Assembly (NCBI GenBank): GCA_001938485.1
Contig: MQRK01226571.1
Location: 1-64,000 of the forward strand
Length of the DNA stretch: 64,000 nt
Direction of reading: 5' to 3'
From: Girardia tigrina
Lineage: Eukaryota
Both the position numbers and the translations under genes were made by a program. The notes below the pieces were generated by a model. That model saw nothing but the letters and a program-made list of their open reading frames with translations, was not told where the DNA came from and made no database searches. How positions within the stretch are numbered: position 1 is the first letter of the stretch; each line of letters opens with the position of its first letter. Positions 12,476 through 25,389 of the stretch are shown here, piece after piece.

Positions 12476-13633
12476 GGGAGCATCCATTAAGGACGTCCTA
12501 TAAAAAATAAGCATATTTTGACCCCTCAAAAAAATTTTTTATAAAAACAACCACGTTTTTCAAGCATTACCAATGCACTAAAAAGAGGAAAATAATTTTT
12601 TTCTAGACATGTAATAAATTTTATACCTAACCAAAAACGTGGGGCATAGAAATGATCGATTGTTACTAAAAAGCAGTTACTAATAGCAGTAATTCAGAAA
12701 TCCGCCCCACGTTTTTGGGTTAGGTATAAAATTTCGCACATGTCTAGAAAAAAGATTATTTTCCTCTTTTTAGTGCATTGGTAATGCTTGGAAAACGTGA
12801 TTGTTTTTATAAAATTTTTTTTATTAATAATATTATTTAACAATTTTTTAGTTATCATTTAGGAATTCAAATCTTTCGATTGATTTCGAATAACAGAAAT
12901 GATAATAAAACCAAAATAACAAAGTTTTATTTTAATAAAAGCAAGTTTTATTTAAAAATAATTTTTTTGTACGTATTAATTAATATTATTGATTTTTTTC
13001 ATAAAGTTAAANNNNNNNNNNNNNNNNNNNNNNNNNNNNNNNNNNNNNNNNNNNNNNNNNNNNNNNNNTCGGAAGCAAGCCTGTATAAAAAAATTCAGCT
13101 CAATTGGATGACTGAAAGTGGTCGAAAAATCAATCGCAAGATTTGTTCCAGACAAGAAAGCAAGCTAATAAAAACGTGGTAAAAAATCAAATACTGTTAA
13201 AATAACGAAAATGTACATAATTACAAATGAAAAAATAAATGACGTAATTATTATAAAAGAAAAAATCGAAAATTATTGATTTTTTTTCTTATTTATCTCG
13301 ATTCCAGTTCCGATAACTAGCAGCGCCAAAAACATCAACCATGGTGACATTTTGGCAACGTTTGTTCAAAAATTAAATATAACATGACTGTCTTAAACTA
13401 AACAATAAACTAAACAGCCAAAGATAAAACATATTGTCTTTTAATTATTAGTACATTACTGCAGTCAGTTTATAAAAGTTACTCATTCTAATTTAACTTT
13501 AGATTTTAATGAAAGGCACTGCTGGGTGATGTCCCTTTAACAATTGGACCCCCTCCCTATTGTCCCCAAATGTCACCCTTGTGGTGACCCCTTCACCCCC
13601 CCTTATAAGGGGACATCCTTAATGGATGCTCCC
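12476..13633. mobile_element. Non-autonomous PIF/Harbinger-type element
   Basis: 23-bp TIRs GGGAGCATCCATTAAGGA(C/T)GTCC (12476-12498, 13611-13633), with a 3-bp ATA duplication on both flanks. The element spans a small N gap. Confidence 0.8.
12530..12822. repeat. Palindromic MITE/foldback (~115-bp arms, ~58-bp loop) nested in the Harbinger-like element
   Basis: 12532-12645 is the near-perfect reverse complement of 12704-12820. Confidence 0.9.
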
Positions 13634-13897
13634 ATATGCTAAACTGACCAATCGAAATTGACTGGGCATTTACATTTTGAGAGGGATTTATTACAGTAAC
13701 AAACCGTTGTAACTCTTACAGGATCTCTAACTATTAACATATAACATTTTAAATCACTGTTGCATATCTGTTACACACCGATCTATACAACATCGGTGAT
13801 TTATTAGTACCTACAGGTGGCGTTGGTGGTAGGATGATGAATTTGACAGTTCTCTCTATTAAATTTAAGATATTGAGTTACGAAGGGTTAACGGCTA

Positions 13898-14173
13898 ATC
13901 TTTGGAAATCGGCTCACGTAAAATTTTATGAATAGTAAAATTATTACTTTTGTCTAAGCATTTTTCCTTCTGGCGGGATATTTATATTTTGCTTCGTTAC
14001 TGAAATTTAAACTAAAACAAATATCTCAAAAATTTAAAAAAATGGGGTTAAGGTTAGAGTTAAATTTCAACAGCGAAGCAAAATAAAAATATCTCGCCAG
14101 AAGGAAAAATGCTTAGACAAAGGTAATAATTCTATTTTTCATAAAATTTTACGTGGGGGGATTTCTAAAGATT
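13898..14173. repeat. Palindromic MITE/foldback (~118-bp arms)
   Basis: 13898-14015 is the imperfect reverse complement of 14053-14173 (e.g. TGTCTAAGCATTTTTCCTTCTGGCG / CGCCAGAAGGAAAAATGCTTAGACA). Confidence 0.9.
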
Positions 14174-14734
14174 TTCCATCTTAACTTAAATCTCCAATTG
14201 AAATTAAGCCATAAGGTTAATAAATAAACCTTAATAATAAGTCATTTCAGTTTATAGCTGTATAAATTATACGAAAAATAACTGCTCGTCCTTTACACGT
14301 ATATTTCATTGTTATACAGGGCAATGTCTACCTTATACACATATTTTTTTGTGTTTTAAGAAAACTTCAACAACTATTGCGGTATGTAAATTCTACTTAA
14401 TTACAATTACATGACGGATTAGATTCAATAAATATCCCCAATCTATTACTGTGTATGTTTGATGAAACAAACATGTAGACATCGTTTGCCATAGTTTGGT
14501 GATCACAAAAATAACACAAATTCAAAAGAATTATTTGATCTTTGTCTGGATTATCTTAACCGGATCCATATAAATACAGTCTCAAAGCAAATGAAAACGT
14601 TATCGTGAATATTGATTATAAAGATATAAGATATTATGGAAAAGTAAACATTCTAGTTTTATTTCAAATAAAATTTCTGACATCTTACTACAATACAATT
14701 CTACACATGAATCTTCAATCGAAATGAACCAAAA

Positions 14735-15165
14735 TTGTTAAGAGAACTCACACATCCACAATTTTGATCATCTCTATGACAATCAATAGTATCGCTCTCA
14801 CTTAAATCCATCACTCAATGTTTAATAATTCACATCCCAATCTGAACTAACTTGAAGGAAAATATTTAATTTAAATTTTATTGGCTAAAATAAAATTACT
14901 TTTTAATCATTTTTAAACATTAATTTGATTTTAATTATTTAAAAATTTACAAAAATAAAATTATTTAAAATTTACAATAATAAAAAAATAAAAATTTAAA
15001 TATTAAATCTAAATTTGAATAAATTAGTTTCTAATTATAAGAATTAAAATATTAATCATCCATCTGATTAGGAGAAACACAATCCCAAATCAACACATAA
15101 AATTTAAACACACAAACACTAAACAAAATCATCAACACACCAAATATTCTTCACAAACATTACTA
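14735..15165 (+). repeat. Dispersed repeat family, copy 1 (possibly the 3' end/pLTR of a Penelope-like element)
   Basis: Homologous to the minus strand of 63555-63988 and, partially, 21470-21660 (CATC(T/A)GATTAGGAGA...CACAATCCCAAATCAACAC). Confidence 0.75.
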
Positions 15166-15494
15166 TCCCTTCAATAATAAGAATAAATATCATATCAATA
15201 AATATAGTACCAGACTCAGAATCAAAATAAATATCGAATCAAAATAAATATAATTTCAGAATATAAAAAATGATTCTTGTTCATATCTGTGGTGCTCGAG
15301 AAAATATCAAAAAACTATTTAAAAAAATCAACAGCAAAAATTACAAGGATAAAAAATTTTGTTTTACTGTAGAAAATTGAAAATATGAAGGAACGAAAAA
15401 TTTCGAATAAATGTAATGTTGTAGAAATACAAGGAAATAAAAATTATTATTCTTGACTGTGCATTCTTTTTTTCTCATTCAATTTCATCGTCAA

Positions 15495-15810
15495 AATGTG
15501 GAGTCCACACTATTCGACGGCGAGCTGAATCGATTTGGCCGAACTCAACACCGCGATGTTTCGATCTGCTATGCACTATTGGCACACGTTTACCAGCCAG
15601 CGGGATCGAGCAAGCTGCTCACTGTTCCAAGCGGTACCCATCACTCTACAGTTGGCGATGCGCGACAGAGAACTGGCGCGAACCGACCGCGGTAACGATT
15701 TGAAACGACCGCCAACCGTCAAGGCGGTTGGCCACTCTTCCGCCAGAGACTCTCCACGCGAAGAAGGGGTTTCGTCCGTCTCAGCTTGATCAGATGGCCG
15801 CCATTTCAAT
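15495..15810. other. GC-rich, coding-like island of unknown origin
   Basis: Abrupt GC-rich block in AT-rich DNA with short open frames but no recognisable domain. Confidence 0.3.
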
Positions 15811-16144
15811 GTCGAAAACGCGAATAAAAATATTTTTTTACAAAGATAAAACGAAAAATGATATTTATAATGTAAAGTTGATTTAAAACAACGCTTGTGA
15901 TAAAATAACTTGTTTCTTCAAGATAACCTTTTTTTAGATTTTTAATCAGATGATATATAATAAAACTATGCACAATAATTATGTTAAATATAATATGTTG
16001 AGATTAGTCCAATGACAAAAACGCTATTCCAAAATTATTATACTAATAAATTTAAATTAATTTCTAAAATATCTTTAATTTTAAACGAAATTTTTATTTT
16101 TAATGAAGACTTTATCGAATTATTATTTTTGTTGGGTTTTTTGG

Positions 16145-16452
16145 TACCGTAACCGTTGGGCTGTGGGTGCACTCAATTATACACAAGCGTTATGGCTTGG
16201 GTTTGCATATTTTTTTGAGTGTCTCAGTAGCCATGGAACCTGGTGGCGTATATCTCCTCTCCAGGTATGAATGTCCGTTAGCTCAAGGAGCTCATCCCCC
16301 CTTTGCTAGGTTTTGTTTTTCATTCTGCTAGGTGTCCACATACCTCTTCACCCACGTTACTCTGGGTGAGGAGCCGGTTTAGTCGCCAACCATTCGACCA
16401 TGAGACAGGTATTACAGGTTTACATGGTACCTGTAGCAGACAGCTTGGGTAT
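16145..16452 (-). mobile_element. RTE (BovB/AviRTE-like) LINE 5' UTR remnant
   Basis: The minus strand contains GGCGACTAAACCGGCTCCTCAC...GGTGAAGAGGTATGTGG...GGATGAGCTCCTTGAGCTAACGG, which I recall as typical of RTE 5' UTRs. Several hairpins are visible. Confidence 0.55.
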
Positions 16453-17079
16453 TTAATTTTAATTTAAATACTTAACTTTTAATCACAAATCTTTAATCTG
16501 ACTCCAATTAATCAGTCGTCCAACACAAATATATAAATATAAATGAATGAACTAAAATTCTTTTATCTTTATTTTCGATAACACAAAATAGCTCACAACT
16601 TTCAATTTTTAAATCAAGATTATTATCTAATTAGATTATAATTATCAAATAAATGTATTCACAAACAGATAATCGATGCGAGTTTATCAGATCACAGTTT
16701 AATAATATCGAAACTGTAAATCTTTTAAAACGAACGATAAGTGTTAATCCAAAATCAAAATGAACGTTTTTCTCCCATACAGGATACTGTTGCGGTCGGA
16801 AATACGTTTACCTGACACAATTACGTATACGGTTACATACTCATACTCAAAGAAGAAAAAGAAACAAATCCTGTCTAATACATTTATTTGATCACTATAC
16901 GACAATCACACGAGGACACAGATAGAGTTTAAAGTTTTGAGATGGCCCTAACACCCTTCATAGATCTGTCGTGTTCCCCTTGTTTCAACATTTTTGTAAG
17001 CTCATAGCCCCCATCCGTTTTTTAGTTAAACGGCAACTCTATCACGCAATTTACGCATCAGTATCTTAACACTACACTC

Positions 17080-17363
17080 ATGGGGAACAGACGCGTCTCC
17101 TCCACGCACATCTGCGAGCAGTGTACGCTTCGGAGCGCCTTCGGGCTCAAAACCAGCATCGAGTGTGCCCCGGCCGGTAGCTCAGCTTCTGGAGGGGTTG
17201 ATGTTACTAAGGCCTGCATTTTAAATTACACTGATGAATTATTAAGGTAAGACAAAGAGAGCCCCAAGGAGATAAACGATGGTCCTATTTAAACATATTG
17301 GGGGATAGTCGAGCTAGACTATCCTCCTTTTTTGTTTTGATTGTCGGAAGTTGAACCGTAACA
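17080..17363 (+). mobile_element. 3' end of an LTR element: structured leader, PPT and 162-bp mini-LTR (17202-17363)
   Basis: Homologous to the minus strand of 5250-5456 and 3172-3295. GGAGGGGTTGA is followed by TGTTAC...CCGTAACA. Confidence 0.7.
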
Positions 17364-17399
17364 GATCCACAAAGCATTGAAGACACCGTAGCAAAGCTA

Positions 17400-18551
17400 G
17401 AAAAGCAACATAAAGAAGATCAGACAAGATCAAATAAAAACATACCCGATAGAAGAAGACGAACAACCATCCCACCTCAGAGGGAGTGAGAGGAGATGCA
17501 TCCCTGGAGACGGTCCGTTAGTGTCTGTGAGAAGAGTTAGGAACCCTGAGAGAGAAAAATTATTTAAAAATGAACTCAAAAGTAATAAAGTCGCCTACCG
17601 AATTTTATAAATAAGGAAAGTCTTGAATTTATCGAGTATAATACAGTGAACTTTTGTAAATAAGGAAATTCGAATTCATCAAATCTAGTATAATAAGATT
17701 AGTAGAATAAATGAAATTTTAGATAAGATTTCTGAAATCCATATATACCCGAAAGGCAGAGATTTAATCGATTTAAAATGAGATGAAATAAAATAATCGA
17801 AGTGAAATAGGAAATTAGTTTTCTCATATCGGAATTTTCTAAGCGATAATAATACAAATTATTGAGATAATGATCTGATGTTGATATGAATAGACGACTA
17901 CGGACTAAAGCCATGTGAAATCAAATCACTGACCCGAAAATTAATACGATGTAATGGTAACTGTCGTAGTAGTGTAGACCTGGATAAAATAAATACCGAT
18001 GTATAATTACTAACAACATATGATAATAATGTACATTTTCAGGAATGCAGCGATATATCTTTGCGCCCGATCATAAACATATACATTGCCTCAAGTCATG
18101 TTAACATAATTATCACAATCTCAACCGACATGAGTGACACATTCACTAGAGGGTTGAATAAGACCTGCAACACAGAGTGATAACAGTAGATGAGGTTACC
18201 AACGACCGATTCAGCAGTGCCATAAGACACATTACACAACATTGCCATAAGTCCAATATGACACACCAGTGCAACAAGTTTTATGATATATAAAGGTGAT
18301 GACTTTAGACATAGTGCATAGATCATCCCCAAGCGACACTCAGCTAGGTGGGGGGCCCATAGCCTATCCCGTCTTTATCCGAACCCGAAGGTCCTTCAGA
18401 CTCGGCACTGCTAGTCAGATGTCGAGCGAGAAGAGGCGTCCGACCCGAATATAGATAACTATTAACTTTGTGTTGGGTTGTGGTTGACCCTTAATAACCA
18501 CTGGGGGCTCTTGAGTCAACAGAAATGTTTTCACTCGAAAGGGTCGTGACA
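17400..18551. mobile_element. LTR/UTR-like remnant of a Gypsy-type element
   Basis: Ends in GGTCGTGACA, like the GTCGTAACA end of the 3172 LTR. Scattered short similarities to 3172-5335. Confidence 0.35.
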
Positions 18552-19352
18552 ATACTTAGCTTTTAGATTGAATTTTTCTAATAATAAAAAAATAATTAAA
18601 CAACAATAAGTTTTACTTTACTCCAAGCTAAACGCTTTAATACGGATTCTTCTTTATTTTCTTAACAGTCGCAATTTTTTGGGCAATTATGACTGAATTC
18701 ATTTATATAATAGTTTTGATTAACTTTGAAAATTGATTAGCTAAAACAAATCTCAAAATATTTTCAAATATTCTTCAAATTTTATTAAAATAACTATTGA
18801 AAATTAATGATTTTTACCAGAGAATTATTTTCAATTATTCTACAAGAGTGTTTAGTTAAAATTTTGATTTATATTTTTCGGAACCTCAACATTTTTATGA
18901 TTGAAAAACACACAGTTACAAATCAAACATGCATATGAATAATCATGAAAATATAAAATAAAGTATATAATATATATTTTAAAAATATAGAAAAATGTAA
19001 ACAACTTACCAAGAACTTCTCGAAATGAAAAAATAACTTTCAATAGTTATTAATAAATAATATAATAAATAACAAATTACAATGTGATAAATATTTCGAA
19101 TATTTTATGGTACATATTTGAGCTTAAAATTAAATTATTAATTTATTAACTAGAGTGTAGACCTCACTTAATCTTTCAAGCCTTGACTAGAGCTTATTTA
19201 GCTTTAAGGAGATTCCAGCGCTAATTATTTTATGAACATTCCACTTTAAACTTTTGACAGCTATCGTTTTTTTGAAAAGATTTTTAATAATAAAATCTTA
19301 ATAGTTTGAACTCAGCTTTGTATATCATATATTGTTTTCATTTTCATTTTAA

Positions 19353-19631
19353 CCTTCACTCTGTGCATTGGGGTCAAATGGACCCCAGTCTATTTAAAAA
19401 GCGATTTAAAAAAAATTGAATTATGTTTTGTTTCATTTATTAAAGCTTAATAAATTACATTTATTAAAGTTTAATAATCTTTTNTTATTAATAAGTTATT
19501 ATAATTAATAAAAATTTAAATAAAAACTAAAATTTTGTTAGTTTTCCTTACAAAATATATCAAAATGTATATGGGGTACGATTGACCCCTATGCACAGAC
19601 GCCGGAAAATTTTCAATGCACAGAGTGAAGG
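19353..19631. mobile_element. piggyBac-type MITE
   Basis: TTAA on both flanks; perfect 18-bp TIR CCTTCACTCTGTGCATTG; two subterminal GGGGT...ACCCC hairpins. Confidence 0.92.
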
Positions 19632-21469
19632 TTAAACATATGTACAAATTAAAACAGAAGAGAAGTAACTTTAGTTAATTCGAAATGAAAACTATTTTAC
19701 CTGACATAATGTAATACAGCTATTATGTCAGTTCTGGAGAATATGTATTAGAATTTTAATTGAAAATTTATATAAGAGTTTAAAATAATTTTTAAAAGCA
19801 AATATTAAATTTTTAGTCAACATTATATTTATATTAACAAAATCAGAATATTATTTTAAATAATTTATAATTTGTTTTAGTGAACAAATTTAATAAATAA
19901 AGAAAACTACCTGCTCAAGTAAGCAAGAAATTGGTAAGAATAACAACAAAAATCTGGTATAAGTTAAAAAAGAAAATATTAAAATCATTTTTGGAGCTTT
20001 TAAAGTAAATTAAATTTTTTCTTTCCTTTTTCGAAGTTTTGTCCAGTTAAGTATTACAAAAGTGTATTATCAATTAAGTATTATAAGTATTATAAGTGTA
20101 TTAAGTATTATAAAAGTGAAAGGAAATGAGTTAACTTTTTTTTCATTTGTGCTGGTATCGCTAGGATTAAATTATTGTTGTAGTTATACCAGGAAGCAGT
20201 GTGTTCCTTTGATTATTGATTTATTGAGAAACTACTAGAAAGCTTTGTGCTACCAGTCATTTACAGACTGAATATCTAGAATCGAAGTGTATTATTTGAT
20301 TTTTGATGATTGGAAAAATTCATTGAAACTGTGTGCAAAATTTCTTATTGATAATAAAGTGTTATAAAAGAACTTGTGCTTACTTCTCATATATTTGTGT
20401 TGGATAAAACCTTTGTTTATTGGAGTCAGACAACAGAATTGAATTAAATAAAGTTAACACTGAAATTGAGTTGAATACGAAACACAGCTGATATGGAGTT
20501 TTTAAAAACAGATACGAAAAAAACATTTGATTAATTTTTTAAAATTATGAAGATAAGATTGAACAGTATGATTTTATTTATGAAAAAAATGATCAAAAAG
20601 CTTTCGTCTTTGTTTATCATTTCTCATTATACATCATTATATATCATTTTATTAATGCTTATTTAAAATGGAAAACATACTGATAAACTAGACGCTGTTA
20701 GCGATTATCTTCCATTGCGTCAACTGAAAATTTAGATTATTAAAGCATTAAATTGTCTGTTTTTATTAATAGTTATTGCTAGTTCCGCTTGATATAAATT
20801 GTTAGCGGCTTGTTGATTGATAAAAGATAAATTCTCCATGTAGCTTAAGCTCGTGTCGAGGAAAAATCCTCCAGCTTCATTATGTGACGTTACTAAATTA
20901 AACTAGCAACTCTCACGGTTTGTTAATAGTAATTAAACTATGTTATTAAATGATAAAAAAGATTATTTTTTTGTATTCGAAGTTTGTAAATGTTATTGTT
21001 CGTTTATAGATATTACTGAATTCGATGTAAATTATTCCTTAACGTCAATTTATCACAACCGAATAATGATACAAATAGCCAAACCTTATTTATTGTTGTA
21101 GATCACATAAAAAATGGTCAGATGTACTTTGACCAAAATATATTATTGAAAATTTTACTAAAGCATAAACGTTTAAAAAGATTATTTTTTACTCTTTTCT
21201 ATGTAGCATTTTTTGGTACTAATCGACATTAACCTACTTTTTCCTTTAAGCTAATGCATATTATCATCAATAATAATTATTATTTTCATAAAAAACCAAG
21301 TAATTCTATGAATGAAAACACTTTTTCTTATCAAAATAGCTTCACAATTTAATAAATATATTCATTGTAACATACACTACACATTTAAAGTAAGAGATAA
21401 GGCTATTGCAAAAACCAAACATTCCGTGAAACTTTAACTGTATTACCTTGTTATCTTCTGTTTCGTAAC

Positions 21470-21660
21470 TTTGAGGAATATGTGGAATGGTGATGTTTTG
21501 TGTTTGAATGTTGTGTGATGATTTTGTATTTTGGCTCTCCTAATCAGATGGATGATTAACATTTTAATTCTTATTATCTGAAAATAATTTAATTTCAATT
21601 TAGATTTTATGTTTATATTTATTTTAAATGACTATTAATTTTATTTTAAATTTTTTAAAT
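21470..21660 (-). repeat. Dispersed repeat family, copy 2 (partial)
   Basis: The reverse complement matches 14990-15160. Confidence 0.7.
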
Positions 21661-23626
21661 GAATAAATCGAATTGATATTCATATTATTTTGATCAATCA
21701 AATTTCTGATAAATATTTAAAAAATATAAATTTCAAATTCGTTTTAGATAATTGCATAGATTTTAACTTAAAGAGATATCGATTACTGAATGTGATAATA
21801 AGAATTGTTGCGAAAACAATTTTGATTGTAATTGTAAAAGAACTAACTGAAACGTATGTTTCAGTGAACTCTATTAACGATATGTTTAAATAAAAAAAAT
21901 ATAACTTAAACTTAAATTCAACAAGGTGTATTAATGATAACTGACGATTGTAGCAAGAGGGAAAGAGATTCGACGAATTCAAACTGTTATGGTACAGGAC
22001 GATCAATATTGTTTTCAAATCACGAGACAATTTTATGTAGCAATTGTTCCTGATTTTGATTAATTTGACAAAAAAATAACGGTAGAGAAAAGTTTTTTCT
22101 TTGATTGAAAAAATGGAAAGGTATTTATTGAGATTGGTATCTGTAAAAATAATTCCTTGGATCGGATGTGGAGTTGATCTCAGTTTTGTTGATTTTGTTT
22201 GTTTCTTTTTATTTTTCTTGTAGACGGACAATAATTTGTTGGAACTGGAATCGAAAGGAATCACACTTCTTATCCGATTTTTATACAATTGTTAGCATTT
22301 TATTAATTAGGTAAATCCAAGATAATTAACTATTTATATGTTTGTATTTATATCACTCATAGAGATATCCATATTGTTATTGATTTTTTTATAATTTTAT
22401 ATTTATTTTATATTTTATTTTATATTCTTTTATTTTATATACATATAAATGTTTTTTGACTGGAGGTCACTACAGTAAATTTCATAATTGTTTTAAAAAC
22501 CATTATGGTGTTAATATTGTCATCAAATTAATCCAAGCTTGATTAGTAAAAACAAGTCTTCATTATATTAAACGACTTTTTTTAAAGTAACAGCCGTACT
22601 AGTAAAGTCTCTCATTATCTTAAAATAAATTTTGACAAATTCATTAAACTTTAAACCTTTCAAATAGAATATTTCTTTTTATGAAAAAATTTAATCTTTC
22701 AATTAATTTTTTTGTAGATGGAAAAAGAACTATAATTAACATTTAGAGGAATTATCTTGCATGATAATAGAAGTTGTATTTTTCCGATTAAAATATCTTT
22801 TAGGTAATTGTAAACTCTTTTGTCATTATTTTTTTTGCATAAAAACAATATCATAGAAACAAAGTCATTCCTGATTGTCACATTCATTAATCTTGAAACA
22901 TGGGCTATATGAGGAGTTAGTTAAATTTTCAATTCGCCAAATAATTTATAATTTTAACAAAAATAAAATAATTATATTAAGCAAAAAAGAGTTTAAAATC
23001 TAAAAAGTTTAAATTAAGTAAAGTTTATATAATTTAATAGGAAAATAATTAGTGAATCTTTTTAAAATACAATTTTAAAACAAATAATAAACGGGGTAAT
23101 ATTTAAAAACTTAAATTTTAAATAAAATTCTACGACGAAATTATTATGAAAGAAATTGAAATTAAGTTAAATATTTTTATAAAATAATTTGAAAGAAATT
23201 ATAGTTTAGCATAAGTTAAATTTAATAATTTTATTTATATTTACAATAAATCTTATAAACAAATTTTTAAAATTAACAAGTTGGAATAAATAAAAAATTC
23301 AAAAAAGTTAGAATATAATAAATTAAAATTGATAAAATTTGGGATAATAATTTAAACGGAATTAATTAAGGAGTTTTCACGAAATGAAAAATTTAATTAA
23401 CGAAAATTTGTTCGAAAATCATATGTTTTTTATAGTAATAAATATTTTTTGTTAAATATGAATTGTGAAATTTCTAATAACGACAATGACAGGCCATATA
23501 GTTTGCTTTTAGAAGACTGCAATCGAAATCTTTCAAATGACATGGCTTTTGCAATGTCTCCAATAACTCTTCTTAAGGAATGTGTGATTGAATTTTTATG
23601 AATTATTTTTTATTTCCTCTCAAATT

Positions 23627-23664
<38 letters not shown>

Positions 23665-24564
23665 TGTAATTAATAAATTTTGAAGAATATCAATTTAGTC
23701 CATAAAACAGAATATAATTCAAACTTTCACCAATACTTTTAAAAATATAAAATAAAAAATATGCTTTTAATTTTTTTGTATTTAATGAATACAAATTGTC
23801 AATAAAATAGCAGAAAAACAAATTTGAATGTACTTATTAAAAATATGTTTTCAAATTTGAGGTTAAGAAATTATTATTTCAGCTGTTTATAATTGCAGAA
23901 ATAAATTTAAATAATGAAAATTTTAGAAATAATCTTTAATAAATATGAATTAAATAATCAATTTTGAGTACTTAATAATTTCCTTGATCGGGTAATGTGT
24001 TTTAAATTTTTAAAATAGAAAGTATTTTTTTTATTTTAAAGTCCTTCAATGTTAAAGGTTAAAAAGATATGAAGCGACTTGTAACAGTAATAATTTATTT
24101 AAATACAATTTTAAAATCAGATAAATAAAATATTAAACAATTTCGTTTAGGAGACTTTATAAAGAATATTTAAATTCCATTTGAAAGATTATTCCATAAA
24201 TTGAAAACAAAAAGAATCCACTAAAAAAATATCCTCTCATTTACAACTTCAAGAGATTTAATTTGAACATTCTGGATCCATTTTTGTAATGGGTTAGGAC
24301 AAAAGTTTAATTTCAAAAAGACATAACTTTCATAATATTTATTTAATTAAATTGAAATAAGCACCATTAAAATCAACAGATTTTTTTCCAACAGGCAACA
24401 AGACTATTGATTCCATCAACGAAAAGATTTGGGGGTTTGGATTCAATGAAAACGATGAATTCTCCTTTTACTTTGACCTGATTGGTGAAGATCCTACCGT
24501 AGAAAAAGTTATCAAAATGATTGAACAGTAGTAATCCGTTGGCAAGCGGTCTGGCGAAAAGGAA

Positions 24565-24730
24565 AATTTTGATCTCCAAATCGTTCAATTTTTTACAGTG
24601 ATCCGTAAAACGTGTTTTCTGGCGTTGTCATGCAAGAGGATTGGGCCCAAAATTACATTCGGTGGACTATACCCAATCGTGCTTTGTATTGACGTATTTA
24701 CACTAAACTCTATCTCCGTGAATAATTCCA
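24565..24730 (-). pseudogene. Fused scraps: Gypsy integrase (EIEFSVNTSIQSTIGYSP) joined to mariner transposase (PILLHDNARKHV)
   Basis: Manual minus-strand translation. Confidence 0.55.
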
Positions 24731-25389
24731 TTCAACTTTACTTCCTCTTTCTTTTAGTCTCACATTTAACATATGTTGGGATCCCAGGATTTGCTTGGGC
24801 GTCAATTTTAATTATATAATTAATTGATTAATTGCAATGACCTAATTAATGGAAGAAATTAATTAATAGACGCATTCCTTGTTTAATTAATTACACTTAT
24901 TAATTATCTTTATTCTGGGACACCTAAAGACTTTGATTTGACAAGGGTCCCTATTAAATTTCTGTAAGGTTATACTTGCAGTAACATTTTGGACATGTAA
25001 CGTATTCTATTTCATGAGAATGTCTTGTTTTTGGTTTGATGAGTTTTGATTCTTGTATAAATATGTGCTCGATTTTTGTAATGATATAATAAAAAATAAA
25101 CGTATTACACATATTGGACTTCATTTTTTTTGGTAAAATTTTTGTTTTATGGAGGATGGAGAGTTGAGGTTTTGAAGGCCACCGATCCGTTGACAGGTGC
25201 TTTTAGTGGCTACCGCGACTGTTGACGATCTGGCAGCTGAAGAGAAGGTAATACTCCCCAAAACATTCTATAATATCACCATGAAGAGCTCAACTCGCCA
25301 ACCTCTATCAACCTTTTTTCCTCTTTGTTTTTCTTTTGTGTTGATGGTTAATGGAAATGTTCATCGTCATTGTCGTTCTTCTCTCTTAG

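Noticed and set aside
15060-15095. Hammerhead-like CTGATTA-GGA..TCC-CAAA in the dispersed (possibly Penelope) repeat
   Set aside because: Core positions deviate from CUGANGA/GAAA in all copies and stems I/III could not be formed. Other CTGATGA hits (17231, 27648, 46511, 60392) also lack the fold.
20140-20560. Possible hAT transposase trace (IFDDWKNS)
   Set aside because: Too degraded to support from a single motif.
21698-22288. 196-aa minus-strand ORF
   Set aside because: Low-complexity K/I/F/L composition typical of AT-rich chance ORFs, with a non-ATG start and no motif.
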